A stretch of 63,652 nucleotides of DNA from Octopus bimaculoides (GCF_001194135.2 NC_068992.1:32932107-32995758), one strand, 5' to 3'. Numbered from the stretch's first letter, positions 13,519 to 27,241 are shown. Notes: generated by a model from the letters alone, not told the origin. A program made the numbers and translations.

Positions 13519-14684
13519 TAGAAATCTTGTTCTGCACTTTTCCAGGTGTAATAACTTAAGAATATTAGCATGTATAACCCTACATTTTTCATTGTTGTAT
13601 ATATGTATAGGATTGTAGGCATGGATATGTGTGTGTGTACGCACATGCATGTGTGTGTGTGTGTGTGTGTTTGTAAATATATGTTAGAATTATATTTTGC
13701 ACGAAGTTGAAGAGTTTTGATATATTAGTGTGTGTGTGTGTNNNNNNNNNNTGACAAGCAGGAAAGTTGCACCAGCACAAGCACCTTTTATGTGCCACCA
13801 GCATGAATGCTTATTACATGGCACTGGCACGGGGCTCTTGCAGGTCAATTATTTTCATATGATAACCCCCCCATCCTCAGTATCTGTTGACCAAATTTCA
13901 TTTTCTGTACCAACAAAATACTACTTAATGCAATACAAAAATACTATGAGGTCTGTTTATATGTGCTTGTGTGTTGTACAAACAACAAAATCTGTCATAT
14001 TTCTTTACAAGGAGAAAATAATTTCCTATTGTTTAAACTTGAAGCAGTGAAGGAAAAAAATTCTATCCCAACAAACATATATGTTACTTTAAGAATTCTG
14101 ATTGATGGCAGCCAGAATTGGAAAGCACAAAACCATTTATCATCTAATCATCAAAGTGCATATGGATCCCTAGCAAAACTCATGCATTCTAACTCAATGT
14201 CATTTATTGTGCATTGTTCAGCTTTTGCATGTGTGTATTCTACCAATAGGTATTGCTTCAAATTTACTAATAAAAGTCTAAAAGAAATGTTCTTTCCCCC
14301 AAAACTTCTTAAGAATAATGCTTAATGTGTTCATAGCTTTTGATAGTATCTTCTGCAAGTGAAATAAAGATGTTCATGAATAACTAATTTCATAATCCAG
14401 AAATAGCTAATTTCGTAAATGAAATTAGTTTTTTTTAATTTTTTCAGAAGGATCTCTAAGTATATTACATTCTGTTATGTAACAAGTGGTATTTCTTTTA
14501 ATATTGCTTTACTTCTGAAAGTTGTTTTTGTTCAAGTTTCTGCATCTTTACAATTTTGATAAGTTTGCATTTTTATTTCATTTTGTTTAAGGCTTCCATA
14601 ATGATACAGCTCTCTGAGAAGTATGAAAATTTTAAAGTTTGGAAAAAGTAATCATTATCATAGAAACAATGCAAAATTTCTTAC

Positions 14685-14719
14685 CTTTGTGCTGACTGCA
14701 CTCACAAAACAATTTTGAC
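14685..14719 (-). CDS. Candidate 35-nt exon (QNCFVSAVSTK)
   Basis: ttcgtttcttttaagttag|...AAG|gtaaga. Confidence 0.25.
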
Positions 14720-15469
14720 CTAACTTAAAAGAAACGAACATGTTCATGAGTGAAATATCTTTGATCGTTAGCTTACTTCACTAGAAATTACCTGGGTCTA
14801 AACAACAACAGTGAAAACAGACTCTAATTATTTATCATGATATAAACTAACAGGCTAATGGCTTGCTTTCTTTAGCTAAAAGGTCACTTGACCATCACAT
14901 AATCTTGGCTTGAGTATATAAACTGCCACAAAATCTTGGTTTAAGTTGTAAGAACATCACCCTTAAATCAACAAGTAAATGACAATCTGCTAAACTGTTT
15001 CTAGCTAGAAATAACAGCTAAATCTCCTTCAAATCCTGTTCTCGCTTGCAAATGTCTCTACTGGAAATACAGTCAGAGAAAAACAAAACAAAAGAGATGG
15101 TCATGACTGAAACGCTTTTAATCAGTAATAACTGTTATGGTTGAATCAACATAACACCATTACTGTAAAATGATCAAATATTTAAACAATTTTCAAATAT
15201 AAATATGTTTTACTAATCTACTTTTAATATACTTCCTCCAAATACCTCACTTCATGGTAATTATAATAGTTAATCAGGTGCTGCATGTAAGATTCCTCTT
15301 CTTCTAATGCCTCAAGAATGAGGTCAGTATGAAAAAATTTGCATGACATTTAATTATTTACATAATTAATAAGACTGATATGGTAAACATTTCATTTATT
15401 TTCCTTTTCAGTAAGACAGAATGTTAAAAAGTAGTTCTATATCACTTTCCCTCTACATATTTTCTTCTC

Positions 15470-15848
15470 CTGTGTGGCAGTGTCGTAAGAAGCTGGTTTC
15501 CAACCTGCATGGTTCTGAGTTAGGCTCCACTGTGTGGTACCTTGGGTAAATGTCTCTTATTATAGCATTGGGTCGACCAAAGCCTTGTGAGTGGATTTGG
15601 TAAATGGAGACTGAAAGAAGCTTGTCATATGTGTATGTGTCGTATTGTCTGTTTGTCCCCCAGTACCTCTTGACAACTACTGTTGGTGTGTTTACATTCC
15701 TGAAACTTAGCAACTTGGCAAAAGAGACTGATAGAATGAGTTCTTGGCTTTAGAAAAATAGTACTGGTGTCAATTCATTCAATTAAAAATTCTTCGAGGT
15801 GGTGCCTCTTGCAGTCTAGTAACAGAAACAAGTAAAAGATGAAAGATA
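15470..15848 (+). mobile_element. tRNA-derived SINE, same family as 49010
   Basis: Head, accttgggtaaatgtc core, gactgaaagaagc and gaaacaagtaaaaga tail. Confidence 0.75.
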
Positions 15849-16624
15849 CTTGGAAAATTATATCTTACCCATGATCTTATTACCTTCCAAAACATATATT
15901 ATCTTACTTTATTATATTCCGAAATGTCATTTATGTTACACCCAATCACTCTTGAGGTTATGTGTATGTACGCTTGCAATTGCTACCCTTCACCAAATTT
16001 CACTCAATGGATGAAAGAAATAATATCCTTGTAACTGGTATTTAGCTCTGATTGAGAAGAGTATGACCAAAGCTATACCAACAATGATCACTCAATAGAA
16101 AGTGTATATAGAGCTATATTCAAGATAACCTTCCAACTGTTTATCTATTTATTCATTTATTTTGTGATGGAAGAATACTATCTAATGGATATTTGACAAC
16201 TATTATGAGTGATTACATGGGGTCTGCTTAATGGAAAGATATATTACTTCCTAGGTATTTAGGACTGTGTTTAATTGAATAGATTCAATATTTGGAGTGA
16301 GTGTTATGCAAATGAATAAATACAATTTCTGTCGTTATGTATTCTGACATAATCATCAGAGTGTCAAAGAAAATACCTTTCAGTCCTTTACTTAAGATTC
16401 TTTAAGTTCTGAGTTCAAATCATTCCCTTCCACTCCAGCTGTCAACTTTGCTTCCCATTCCTTCAGTGTCTGAAAAAATAAAGTACCAGTCAAATATTGA
16501 GGCAATTTTATATTCTTATATTTCAACGTTGATGTGAATGAAATTATAATAAAGCCAAAGAACATCCAAAGATATTTGTAATTCTATTTATATTTATGTT
16601 TGTATTATATAGATATTTATATTT

Positions 16625-16831
16625 TGTTGTAACGTAATTTGTTACGTACAATAAATAAGATAACCAAACAACAGTAACAAGAATGTAACATTCCTTGTGA
16701 ACTAACCAACCAACACCTTCCGACTTCACTGCGAACTAACACAAACTTCACTCGACTCCAAACTCTGAACTTTTGTACTCACTCAGACCGTTACTATTTA
16801 TACTTTACTCGGAGCAGTCTATCTCATCACA
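16625..16831 (-). mobile_element. Putative 3' LTR of a Gypsy element
   Basis: On the minus strand a purine tract AAAAGGGTAGA is followed by TGTGATG... and the repeat ends ...TTACAACA. It lies downstream of the integrase. Confidence 0.55.
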
Positions 16832-17566
16832 TCTACCCTTTTGAGATTTCGACTACTGTACAGAAAGTGGAATTTCTTTTCTTTTTCGCTTTTTTCTTTC
16901 CTTTATTTTTAGTTGTTGTATTTTAATTGTTGCCCGGTCTTAAGGTGGTATTGTTAGTTGCACACAGCACTTTTTCTTTCCTTTGTACTAAGAACTCTTG
17001 TTAACACTCTTGTTTGGATTTTTTTTTTTTTTTAATCTAAAATCTTTTTCGTTTAGGTGTTACTACCAGATATTCAGTCTGTTTTTATTTTCTGAAGCTA
17101 GTTCTACAGAGTTCAATACCTCTCGGTGCTGACACTTCAAACATATCATTGAAAACTTCCATTGGTATTACCCTTCATTCTTCTGCATGTCTCATTTTTA
17201 ATTGATTAAGGTGTCTCTTATGTTCCGAATGTTGTCCTTTAATTAAATACATCATGTTATTTAATCTTTTGATTACACAACCATCCTCCCGACCTTCTTT
17301 ACCATTTTTGTAATTTTTAAATGAACTTTATCTCCTATTTTGAAATGTTTTGTAATATTTCTAGTGTTTCCTTCGAATGTAATTTTCGTCTTTCTTTTAT
17401 ATGTATTTTTCTAGCACTAATTTGTCGAAGATCGATTTTATTTTACGCACGAATATTAACTCTGCTGGTGACTTTTCTAAATTAATATTTAGATTTGGCG
17501 TTCTTCTGTATACTCTCAAAAATTCCGTCAGTGTCTCGTCATTATCTAGTTAATTCTTAGCTTTTC

Positions 17567-18270
17567 TTAGAGCTCTTTTGAACGGCTCAACAAATATTTC
17601 CACCTGCCCTGGGATAGGAGGGTGGGGTAAAATTGTGTTTTATGACAAGCATGTATTTTGCACAAATTTCTGAATTCATATTCCATGAATTGTGTTCCAT
17701 TATCTGAAACTAACGTGCCTGGAACACCGTATCGAGGAAATAACTCGAGTAGGAACTTTATTGTTGTCTTTGCTGTAGGTTTATTACATCTGCATACCTC
17801 TTGCGACTTTATGTACCTATCCACAACAATTAGATAGTATGAGATGTTCACTCGACCAGCGTAGGCGATATGTATCCTGGACCATGGGCTCTGGGTCATT
17901 GTGTATAGACCTAGTTTGTCCAAGAGTACTTGCGGAGACATTTAAAACATTTTCTCTTTAACTCTTCAGACGGATTATTTTTAGAGGGACAACTATTTAT
18001 GTTTTACAATACAGATATATGGGCAAGTCCCATAAATCTGTATTAATCGATTTATAGACCTGCCCATAAATCGATTAATTCTAACCAATTGGTACCAACA
18101 GATCGGTGGTATATTTAACGACAAAGACTTTCACCTTGCATGTTTTCCCTCGAAATGTGACATTAGTCCACATTTTGCCTATGAAATGTTATTTGTCGCC
18201 GTCACGCTACTAACAGATTTCGCTGTTTTTCTCAACATATGTTTCCCTATTTTCTTCTATGTGTCCATAT
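17567..18270 (-). mobile_element. Gypsy (Mag-like) LTR retrotransposon: integrase plus protease-adjacent remnant
   Basis: PWSRIHIAYAG..YLIVVD...GVPGTLVSDNGTQF at 17567-17941, and NVTFRGKTCKVKVFVVK...GTNW near 18050-18200. Confidence 0.85.
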
Positions 18271-18289
18271 TTATTATTGAAATATAACT

Positions 18290-18600
18290 CCCAGTATCCA
18301 AATAAAGTTTAATATGTAAGTGTTTCCCACTGATAAAAATATATCTGTCAAGGAATTTAACAAACTAAGTAAATATAATGACCTGGAAATTGAAATACAA
18401 AAGATGTGGTATCTTAAAACAAGAACTGTTCCTGTTATTGTAGGTGCCCTAGATTTGATAAAAAGGGATGTTAAAAACATCTACATAAGATCCCAGGAGA
18501 ACCATATCTCAGAGAATTAAAATTGTGCTGACAAGTATTGCCCACATCCTTAGAAAAACCCTATCCATTTAAATGTGAGTGTAACAAAGATGCAGATTAA
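18290..18600 (+). mobile_element. R4/Dong-like LINE 3' end (restriction-like endonuclease)
   Basis: PTDKNISVKEFNKLSKYNDLEIEIQKMW...VPVIVGAL...IVLTSIAHILRKTLSI*, followed by (AAT)n. Confidence 0.85.
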
Positions 18601-18602
18601 AA

Positions 18603-18639
<37 letters not shown>

Positions 18640-18640
<1 letters not shown>

Positions 18641-18880
18641 GGTGACAGTAGTACCAATAATTGTCAGAACCCTGGGAACAGTGAGACAAAATGTTGAGAA
18701 GTACATGTAACAAATAGGGGCTGCAATAAGGGTAGAGCACTTGCAGAAAACAGCACTGCTTGGAACCGCTAAGGTGTTACTAAGGTGTTACTTTAGTTCA
18801 CTGGTAATGAACAGCTGGCACCATAGTACATCTCCAGCGTTAGAAGCTATGGAAAACAATAAATGATAATAATAATAATA
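18640..18880 (+). mobile_element. Second, different R4/Dong-like LINE 3' end
   Basis: KVTVVPIIVRTLGTV...EHLQKTALLGTA, flanked by AAT repeats on both sides. Confidence 0.75.
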
Positions 18881-18899
18881 ATGACGATGATGATGACTA

Positions 18900-19510
18900 T
18901 CATCGTTACTGAACTATCATCTCTTCGACCCCATGAAAGAGGGTTTGAGAGGCAAACATTATTCCAGTATGCTTCGCTTGGTGTGCAATGTCAGTGTGCA
19001 TGTACGACAGGGTGTAAGCATCTTGAGAGAAAAGTTGAGTATAGGAAGCATCAGATGTGTGCAAGAGAGACGACTGTGTTGGTATGACCATGTGATGCGC
19101 ATGGACGAGGACAACTGTGTAAAGTAATGCCAATCTCTAACTTTGGAGGGAACTATAGTAGAGGTAGTCCCAAGTAGACATGGCATGAGATGCAAAAGCC
19201 TGTTCTTCGAATTTGGGTCTCACACATGCAATGACGATGCAATAACTAAGACCTTGGCCTTATATCGTGCTTGAGAAAAAGACTCGTCAAGTGAAGTAAA
19301 ATCGCAGTTGTAGTAGTTATTGGTGTCACCTAAATGGCGCCCATTACACTCCAGGAGTGGTTGGCGTTAGGAAGAGCATCCAGCCGTAGAAATCTTGTCA
19401 AATCAAACTGTAGTCTGGTGCACCCTTCCAGTTTGCCAGCCCTGGCCAAACCGTCCACCTCATGCCAGCATGGACAATGGACATTAAATGATGATGATGA
19501 TGTTGATGAC
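18900..19510 (+). mobile_element. RTE-clade LINE 3' portion with (GAT)n tail
   Basis: MLRLVCNVSVH...LREKL.I..IRC.VQERRLCWYDHVMRMDED.CVK, then a 3' UTR ending in gatgatgat. Confidence 0.8.
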
Positions 19511-19553
19511 GATACAAAAAGGTCCAACTTACACAGAATACAAATGATGTAAT

Positions 19554-19844
19554 GAATTAAAGACTTTGAAGAAAAGTATTACAAATTCAACAGCTGTTTC
19601 TGGAGGTCTAGTGGTCCAAAATAATGTTTGTAGATTAATTCCATTGTAGGATGAGACGAGCCACCATCTTCAGAGAAGAGATCTTACATTTGAGGTGTTA
19701 AATGAAAGACTGTAAGATCTCTTCCGGAAGACGGAGGCTCTTCTCATCCTATGATGGAGTCAATCTACAAACATTATTTTGGACCAACGAACCCCCAGAA
19801 ATGGCTATTGGATTTGTAATACTTTTCTTCAACCCCTTTAATTC
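19554..19844. repeat. 291-bp imperfect palindrome (135-bp arms, 22-nt spacer)
   Basis: Arms 19554-19688 and 19711-19844 are reverse complements with about 21 differences by manual alignment. Confidence 0.9.
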
Positions 19845-20699
19845 TGTATATCGTTTGTATTCTGTGTAAGTCAGGCCTTTTAGTATGTAAACATACATAT
19901 TTTTTTGTATTTCATGTATTTAATATACTTCATACATTGACCTATCTAACTTGCTTATTCCTACATTTATACACACATAGGCATCAACATATACACACAT
20001 GCATGCACACGCATATATATACACATACAAACACATTCATACATACATGCATGTGCATGCTCAAACAGATGGATAGGTATACATAAATATGTACACAAAC
20101 AGTCCTACATTTATATATTTATTTAGAATATAGAGATATAAGCCAAATAATATAGTATAAAGAAAGATACATAAGACAGTAGACTAATACCACAGAGGAG
20201 GCCATACACCAGATTATTATATATTTCACTATTTATTGGATAGAGAGGTTGAAAACAAATATAATAATAATGCTTAACCTGGAGGCTGATAACATAATGT
20301 AACATATCATTCAAATACTATGTAAAGATTTAAATGAGACTGGTATGTTACAGAATATGAATAGATAAAAACTAAGAAGTATTAAGCCTATTAGTTAACT
20401 TGTTTAAAATATTAAAATATTTCTAGTATAATGCATGCATTTCACCTAAATTTCATTAGACTCATTAAGGATTACTTGAACATTTAAATGCTTCCCATAA
20501 TTCAGCACAGCAAATTCTGCATCTATACCAGGTAATTTGGACTATATTTTTTGTGTTTTAATTCCCAATCTTTTTCCGTGAGTGATGTAATCTTAGTCTT
20601 ATTACAATTATAGAAAGTATAAGAATTATTATAAAATCTCTGCTTGAACTTTCAAGAAGTGGAACCGATATAGGTAAAAGTGTTTAGGTTAGTTATTAC

Positions 20700-21300
20700 A
20701 TCACATTTGTTGATAATATTTTTGGTGAGCATAAATTATTTAGAGGGGATAAAAGTTTGTTTTCAAAATACTTAATTTCGGAGATTGATGGTCAATAGTG
20801 CTTCTAGTGTTGTTCAAGGACCGCTGAGAGTGATAACCATTGTTAGATCTGATAGAATTAATCAAATTATCTGGGGTTTCATAGGAGACAGTGGGGCTAT
20901 CATTATCAGAAACAACACTACCATTGCAATGGTGGAAGTTAAAACAATTGCCATGATCACAAATAACTGTATAATCTTCATTTAACAAGAATCGATACAA
21001 ATGTTATTCAGGCTGGTTGTGCCATTATCAGTGTTAAGTTTTATTTTTCAGAATCACCTCTAACACTGTTGCAGCTACTAAGGTGGCTAGTGCTGCTACA
21101 TATGGAGGTAATGCATTTAGAGTTTGAAGTAGTTGGCTGACAAACAGCATCGTCACTGCTAATGTTGGCCACTTGACTATCAAAGTCAGCACTGTTAAAG
21201 TGGGATACGACAGGATTGTTGCTACTAATCTCATGACAATGTTAGAGTTGCAATTATTATCATTATTATTGTTGTTGGTACAATCACCACCATTGTTCCT
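20700..21300 (-). repeat. Unclassified dispersed repeat rich in cryptic AAT/GAT/AAC motifs
   Basis: 21130-21300 aligns in reverse orientation with 29990-30165. The extension down to 20700 is inferred from similar composition. Confidence 0.55.
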
Positions 21301-21301
21301 A

Positions 21302-22230
<929 letters not shown>

Positions 22231-22239
22231 CCCAAATTC

Positions 22240-22545
22240 GAAGAACATGCTTTTGCACCTCATCCCATGTTTACCTGGGACTACCTCTACTATAGTTCCC
22301 TCCAAAGTTAGAGATCGGCATTACTTTACACAGCAGTCCTCATCCATGCGCATCACATGGCCACACCAGCACAGTCATCTCTCTTGCACACATCTGATGC
22401 CTCCTATGCCCAACTTTTCTCTCAAGATGCTTACACCCTGTTGTATATGCACACTGACATTACACATCCAGCGAAGCATACTGGAATAATGTTTGCCTCT
22501 CAAACCCTCTTTCATGGGGTCGAAGAGATGATAGTCCAGTGACGA
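22240..22545 (-). mobile_element. RTE-clade LINE fragment, inverse copy of 18900-19200
   Basis: MKEGLRGKHYSSMLRWMCNVSVH...LREKLGIGGIRCVQER. Confidence 0.8.
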
Positions 22546-23199
22546 GGAAGTGAAAACTGTATTGAAGAAGTGGCTCAAAGAACAATCAACAGAATTTTAT
22601 GGGGGCGGGGATACATGCTCACATTCGAAAGTGGAACATTGCTATTGAGTGAAACGGCAACTATGTTGGGAAGTACGGATGTGATCCACAGAGGACCAGC
22701 TTCATTTTGATATTCCTGTGTTTGTAAGTATACCTGTCCTAAATAAAATGGCATTACTTTTTGACTCACCCTCAAAGGTAGGACACTTCTCACTTTTTCT
22801 GTCTGTCTGTCTCTCTCTCTCTTTTACTTCCGTATACTTTATATATATAAGACAAGGTAGAAAATACTAAAATAATTTTATCTATGAAGAGCATTTTTGT
22901 ACCAATTTCAGTCATTTTGACTTTTTCAACTTAGAAGAAAGTAAGAAAAACTATTGAATTGTGGAAAAATTAAATGAAATGAAATGATTTTTAAAAAATA
23001 TTTTCATAGTCTTGAAATGCCATTTTACTTTAAGAAAGGTATAACTCCCAACACAGGAACATGTATCATACATCAAAATGAAGCTGGCCTTCTGTGGATC
23101 ACATCCCTACTTCTCAACATAGTCATCACTTCTTTCAATAGCAATGTTCCACCTTAGAATGAGAGCACGTATCCCTGCCCTGTAAAATTCTGTTGACAG

Positions 23200-23795
23200 T
23201 TCTTTCAGCTACTTCTTCACTACAGTTTTCACTTCCTCGTCATAGTGTACATGGGTGCCATGGAATTGGTTCCCGAAACGAGGAGGGAACAAGGCTGCTG
23301 GAGTTCCGTGATGTGAATAACTTATTGATCAGCAGCATCAACTTTAGGAAGTCAGTCACCTGTAACCTACCAATCAGGTGACTGTCCTAGCCAAATCGAT
23401 TACATTCTCATCATACAACGGGATATATGGCTGCTCCTAATCACAATGATCCTCCCTGTTGAAGAATGTACACCCTAGCATAGACTAGTCATTAGTGACT
23501 TTCGACTCCATGCCATAAGGATGCCAAATAGCGGACCAATTTGAAAAAGAAAGATTTGGAAGCTTAAGGAGCCTTCATATGGCCAGAGATTTAGGAACAT
23601 CCTAATTGAGAAATTTGAGGAGAGGGAGGAGGAAATCTACGGGTGATGCAAAGTCCCAACCAGACCTACAGTGACGTGGTGGAGGAACAATGCTGTAGAC
23701 AAGGCCATTAGAGCAAAGAAACAGGCCTAGAAGGCCTCGGAGGGTGGGGATAGGAGGGAAATGTATCAGATAGCCAGAAGGGAAGCTAAGAGACA
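23200..23795 (+). mobile_element. RTE-clade LINE, AP-endonuclease region
   Basis: HGCHGIGSRNEEGTRLLEF...LLISSINFRK, QIDYILI and HRLVISDF-like motifs. Confidence 0.8.
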
Positions 23796-23801
23796 CATAT
23801 A

Positions 23802-24000
23802 CGAGGTCTGATCAATAAGTATCCGGACTGCTGCCATAATAACGAAGCTATAACATGCAGAGTAAAGCTTCTTGGCACAAAGTGACCTTGAACAATGTTG
23901 TACATTTGTACTGAGTTTTAATGTTCTAGCTCACTTTTGCTGTTTATAGCAGTGCTTGGTAAGCATGTGCGTTGCGTGTGATTGTCGCTAATCAGAGAAC
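23802..24000 (+). mobile_element. Mariner-like element end interrupting the RTE fragment
   Basis: TA|CGAGGTCTGATCAATAAGTATCCGGACT is a mariner-type terminus. The partner TIR was not found. Confidence 0.55.
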
Positions 24001-24075
24001 GTAATAATCAGAGAATGTAATTTGATATAATCACGAAATGTTCTTCTCTCTGTCATATTTCTCTCTTTCTCGCTT

Positions 24076-24152
<77 letters not shown>

Positions 24153-24174
24153 NNNNNNNNNNNNNTTCTCGCTT

Positions 24175-24233
<59 letters not shown>

Positions 24234-24331
24234 ATCTCTCTCTCTCTCTGTGTCTCTCTCTCTGTTTTATGCTTTGCCTTTCTCTCACCCTTTCCTCTGT
24301 ATATGCATATTTCTCATGCATGTTGCTCTCA

Positions 24332-24371
<40 letters not shown>

Positions 24372-24709
24372 ATATGACATGTAATTGTTTTCATGTTGTT
24401 TAAAACTTCCTTGCTATAATGTTTGCTTTCATTTTGTGATAGACAGCTATCATGCAGAAAATGCTAGCTTCCAAATTTTGTTTTCTGATTCAGTAGCAAT
24501 CGTCAAACTTCACCATTAACATTTAAAAAGAAAATTTCTGGAATAAATGAATCACAAAATCAGATTCAACTTAAAAATTACAGCAATATACTAAATTTGA
24601 AAAGTTTCACTTAATTTTAACAATTCAAAATTTGTAACAGCAGTAAAAAAGATCTCCCTCTCTCTCTCTCTCTCTCTTTCTCCAACCATAGGATGCATCG
24701 ATTAGACAA

Positions 24710-24940
24710 ATGCACAAGAGCCTCTGGAGACAATGTCCCATTCCTATTGAAATGACTACAATTTCCAGTGAATCTTAGTTTTGCCATGACCACCAACATA
24801 TTGCAATGGTAAACATTTTCAGTTGGCAATTTACCTCTACAAGAGCCCTGCTTCACCCATGGTCAGCTTTACATTGGATGTTCAAGAATAGGAAGTATGA
24901 AACATCTTTATGCTTATGCACAAAAGGAAAAAACAAAACC
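24710..24940 (+). mobile_element. Helitron RepHel (Pif1-like) helicase C-terminal fragment
   Basis: PFLLK*LQFPVNLSFAMTTN...PCFTHGQLYIGCSRIG matches the QFP..LAFAMTINK...HGQLYVA.SRV motifs. Contains in-frame stops. Confidence 0.85.
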
Positions 24941-25739
24941 TTTGCTTATTGAGACACTATAAATTGCCCCAAATAATGCAAAAGTCCATCCTGGTCAAGA
25001 GACCTATCTATTGGAGGATACATGGTCTGAGAAGGAAACAAATAAAATTGAAATAAAGTCATCCTATTGTGAAATTTTTCTGGCATTGATGGACTATTCA
25101 GCTAGTGTATACATGTGTGTGTGTGTGTACATAAGTATGTATGAATATGTACATGCATGAAACGGCAACGACAATTTTATGACCTTCTGTTGCCCTGAAG
25201 TTTGCTTTTTTTATTTCATTTAACTGACAAAATATCTTCTTGGCTTTACTGACCTTAGGACATCACTTGGTAGTGTCTGTGCTTTTTGTACATCCTCATA
25301 GCCAGTTTGGGTTATAAGCTAATTAAGATAACTACTTCGAAATATTAGATTCATTTTATATCTTTGCTTTTCACTTTCCTGATATAGCTACTACTCCTAA
25401 TTTCTCTATAAATTTGAATGTTGTTTTTTTAAAATAACACTTATCCAAAACTAAGTTTTTATCTCACCAGTTTATTCAAAAGTTTACCTAAAGACGGTGG
25501 ATAATGTTATGATGACATCTATGAATACATCAATTAAATTTGACCGGATTTGTTGTCATTTTTTGAAACCTCATTTGCATCCCTTTTTTATACCGACACC
25601 ACACCTGAGTCCGATCTACAGTTTAAATTGGATTTGGTAATTATGTATCTACAATATCTTACCAAAACATGTTACCTTCATGATTGTTTTACCTCACTGT
25701 GAATCTTGTACCAAGCCCTTTGTGACATTCTGCATATCG

Positions 25740-26040
25740 ATGTGCCACCGGCACGAAGGCCAATCAGGAGGTACTGGCAACAGCCACGCTCGAAATGGTG
25801 TATTTTACGTGCCACCTGCACAGGAGCCAGTCCAGCGGTACTGGCAACGAACTCGCTTGAATGTCTTTTCACGTGCCACTGGCACAAGTGCTAGGGAGGT
25901 GACGTTGGTAACGATCATCCTCAAATGGTGCTATTTACATGCCACCGGCACGGAACTCAGACAGCTGGTGCTCTGGCAACGATCACGCTCGGACGGTGCT
26001 CTTAGTGATCTACTGGTACAAGTGCCATCACGATTTCGCT
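25740..26040. repeat. About five degenerate 63-68-bp tandem units (gtgccac.ggcac...tactggcaacg...gctc)
   Basis: Unit starts at about 25740, 25808, 25871, 25939 and 26007. The same unit occurs at 36350-36480. Confidence 0.8.
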
Positions 26041-26189
26041 TTTGCTTGGCCCAACAGGTCTTCGCAAGCCAAGTTTAGTGTTCAATGAAGAGACGTTGGC
26101 ATGGGTGCCAGTTTACAAATTTTAGTTCGATTTCGATTTCACTTGCCTCAACACGTTTTTGCAAGCAGAGTTTAGTGTCCAATGAAGGA

Positions 26190-26242
<53 letters not shown>

Positions 26243-27134
26243 TTATGTATTTTTACATTTATATCTATATTAATTATATTATCCTAATTTTTAACAACAA
26301 ATATCTGCAGTATGTGAAAATATTACTGTATGTTTATTTATACATTTCTGAGCAGTTGATGTAAACCATCTTAATTTGATAAAAACTGAGCTTGTTTTTT
26401 GTGTAGTAATTCTCATTTCTCAGTGCTTATTTTGACATAGATTCTCAGTAATGAGTCGTTTATAATTATTGATGTTGTTGTTTAGACCCAGGCTAAACCC
26501 TGATCCAATAGTCTTATTATCAAAACCATTCCAGCAATGACTATCTTGTGTTTTTAGCTTGAACAGCTTTTCTTTATGGCTACACGTGATTTGATTGCTA
26601 TTTCTAGCAAGTAGAATAACTACATAAGCACTTTCTCAGTCTATTTACAAAGTTTGTAATTAGATTAACTTTGCCTTTTACCTTGTTTATTGTGTGACAG
26701 TCTTTTGATGCAACTTTTACATCTACCTCGTTAAATATTGATTTCTATTCCAGGCACAAGGCCGTATAGTTTGAAGTAGAGAAATTACCAATAATATTGA
26801 TCCTAGTATTTCATTAGTAAATTTTATTGACCCTGCTAAGATGAAAGATAAAGTCAATACACTGTGGGATTTGAACTTAGAACACAGAGATGTAACTAAA
26901 TGCCTCAATAAATATATTGATAATAGATTTTCTCCTTTCCTTCAATTTATATACAGGAAAAACTGTAAAGTGTCCCTTTAACTATACTATACAAACGCAA
27001 ATATTCTTATGTGGCTACCCTACATAATCTGTTATTTGTAAAAAATGATAGTCTATCAATGCACACTTATAATCATGCATAAAAACAATTAGCTAAAAAT
27101 AAAACTACAAATTATCTATACATATATACACACA

Positions 27135-27192
<58 letters not shown>

Positions 27193-27241
27193 TATATAAG
27201 TCAGTAAATAGTGGGGTTGTGTTAATCGTACGTGGAGAAAT

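Noticed and set aside
13963-14325. 120-aa plus-strand ORF as a standalone gene
   Set aside because: It has no recognisable domain and about one such ORF is expected by chance. It is kept only as a weak exon candidate.
19650-19680. CTGAAGA (hammerhead-like) on the minus strand of the palindrome arm
   Set aside because: No stem II followed by GAAA was found.
25740-26040. Repeat-spacer-like appearance (CRISPR)
   Set aside because: The whole unit is degenerately repeated, there are no unique spacers or cas genes, and the context is eukaryotic.
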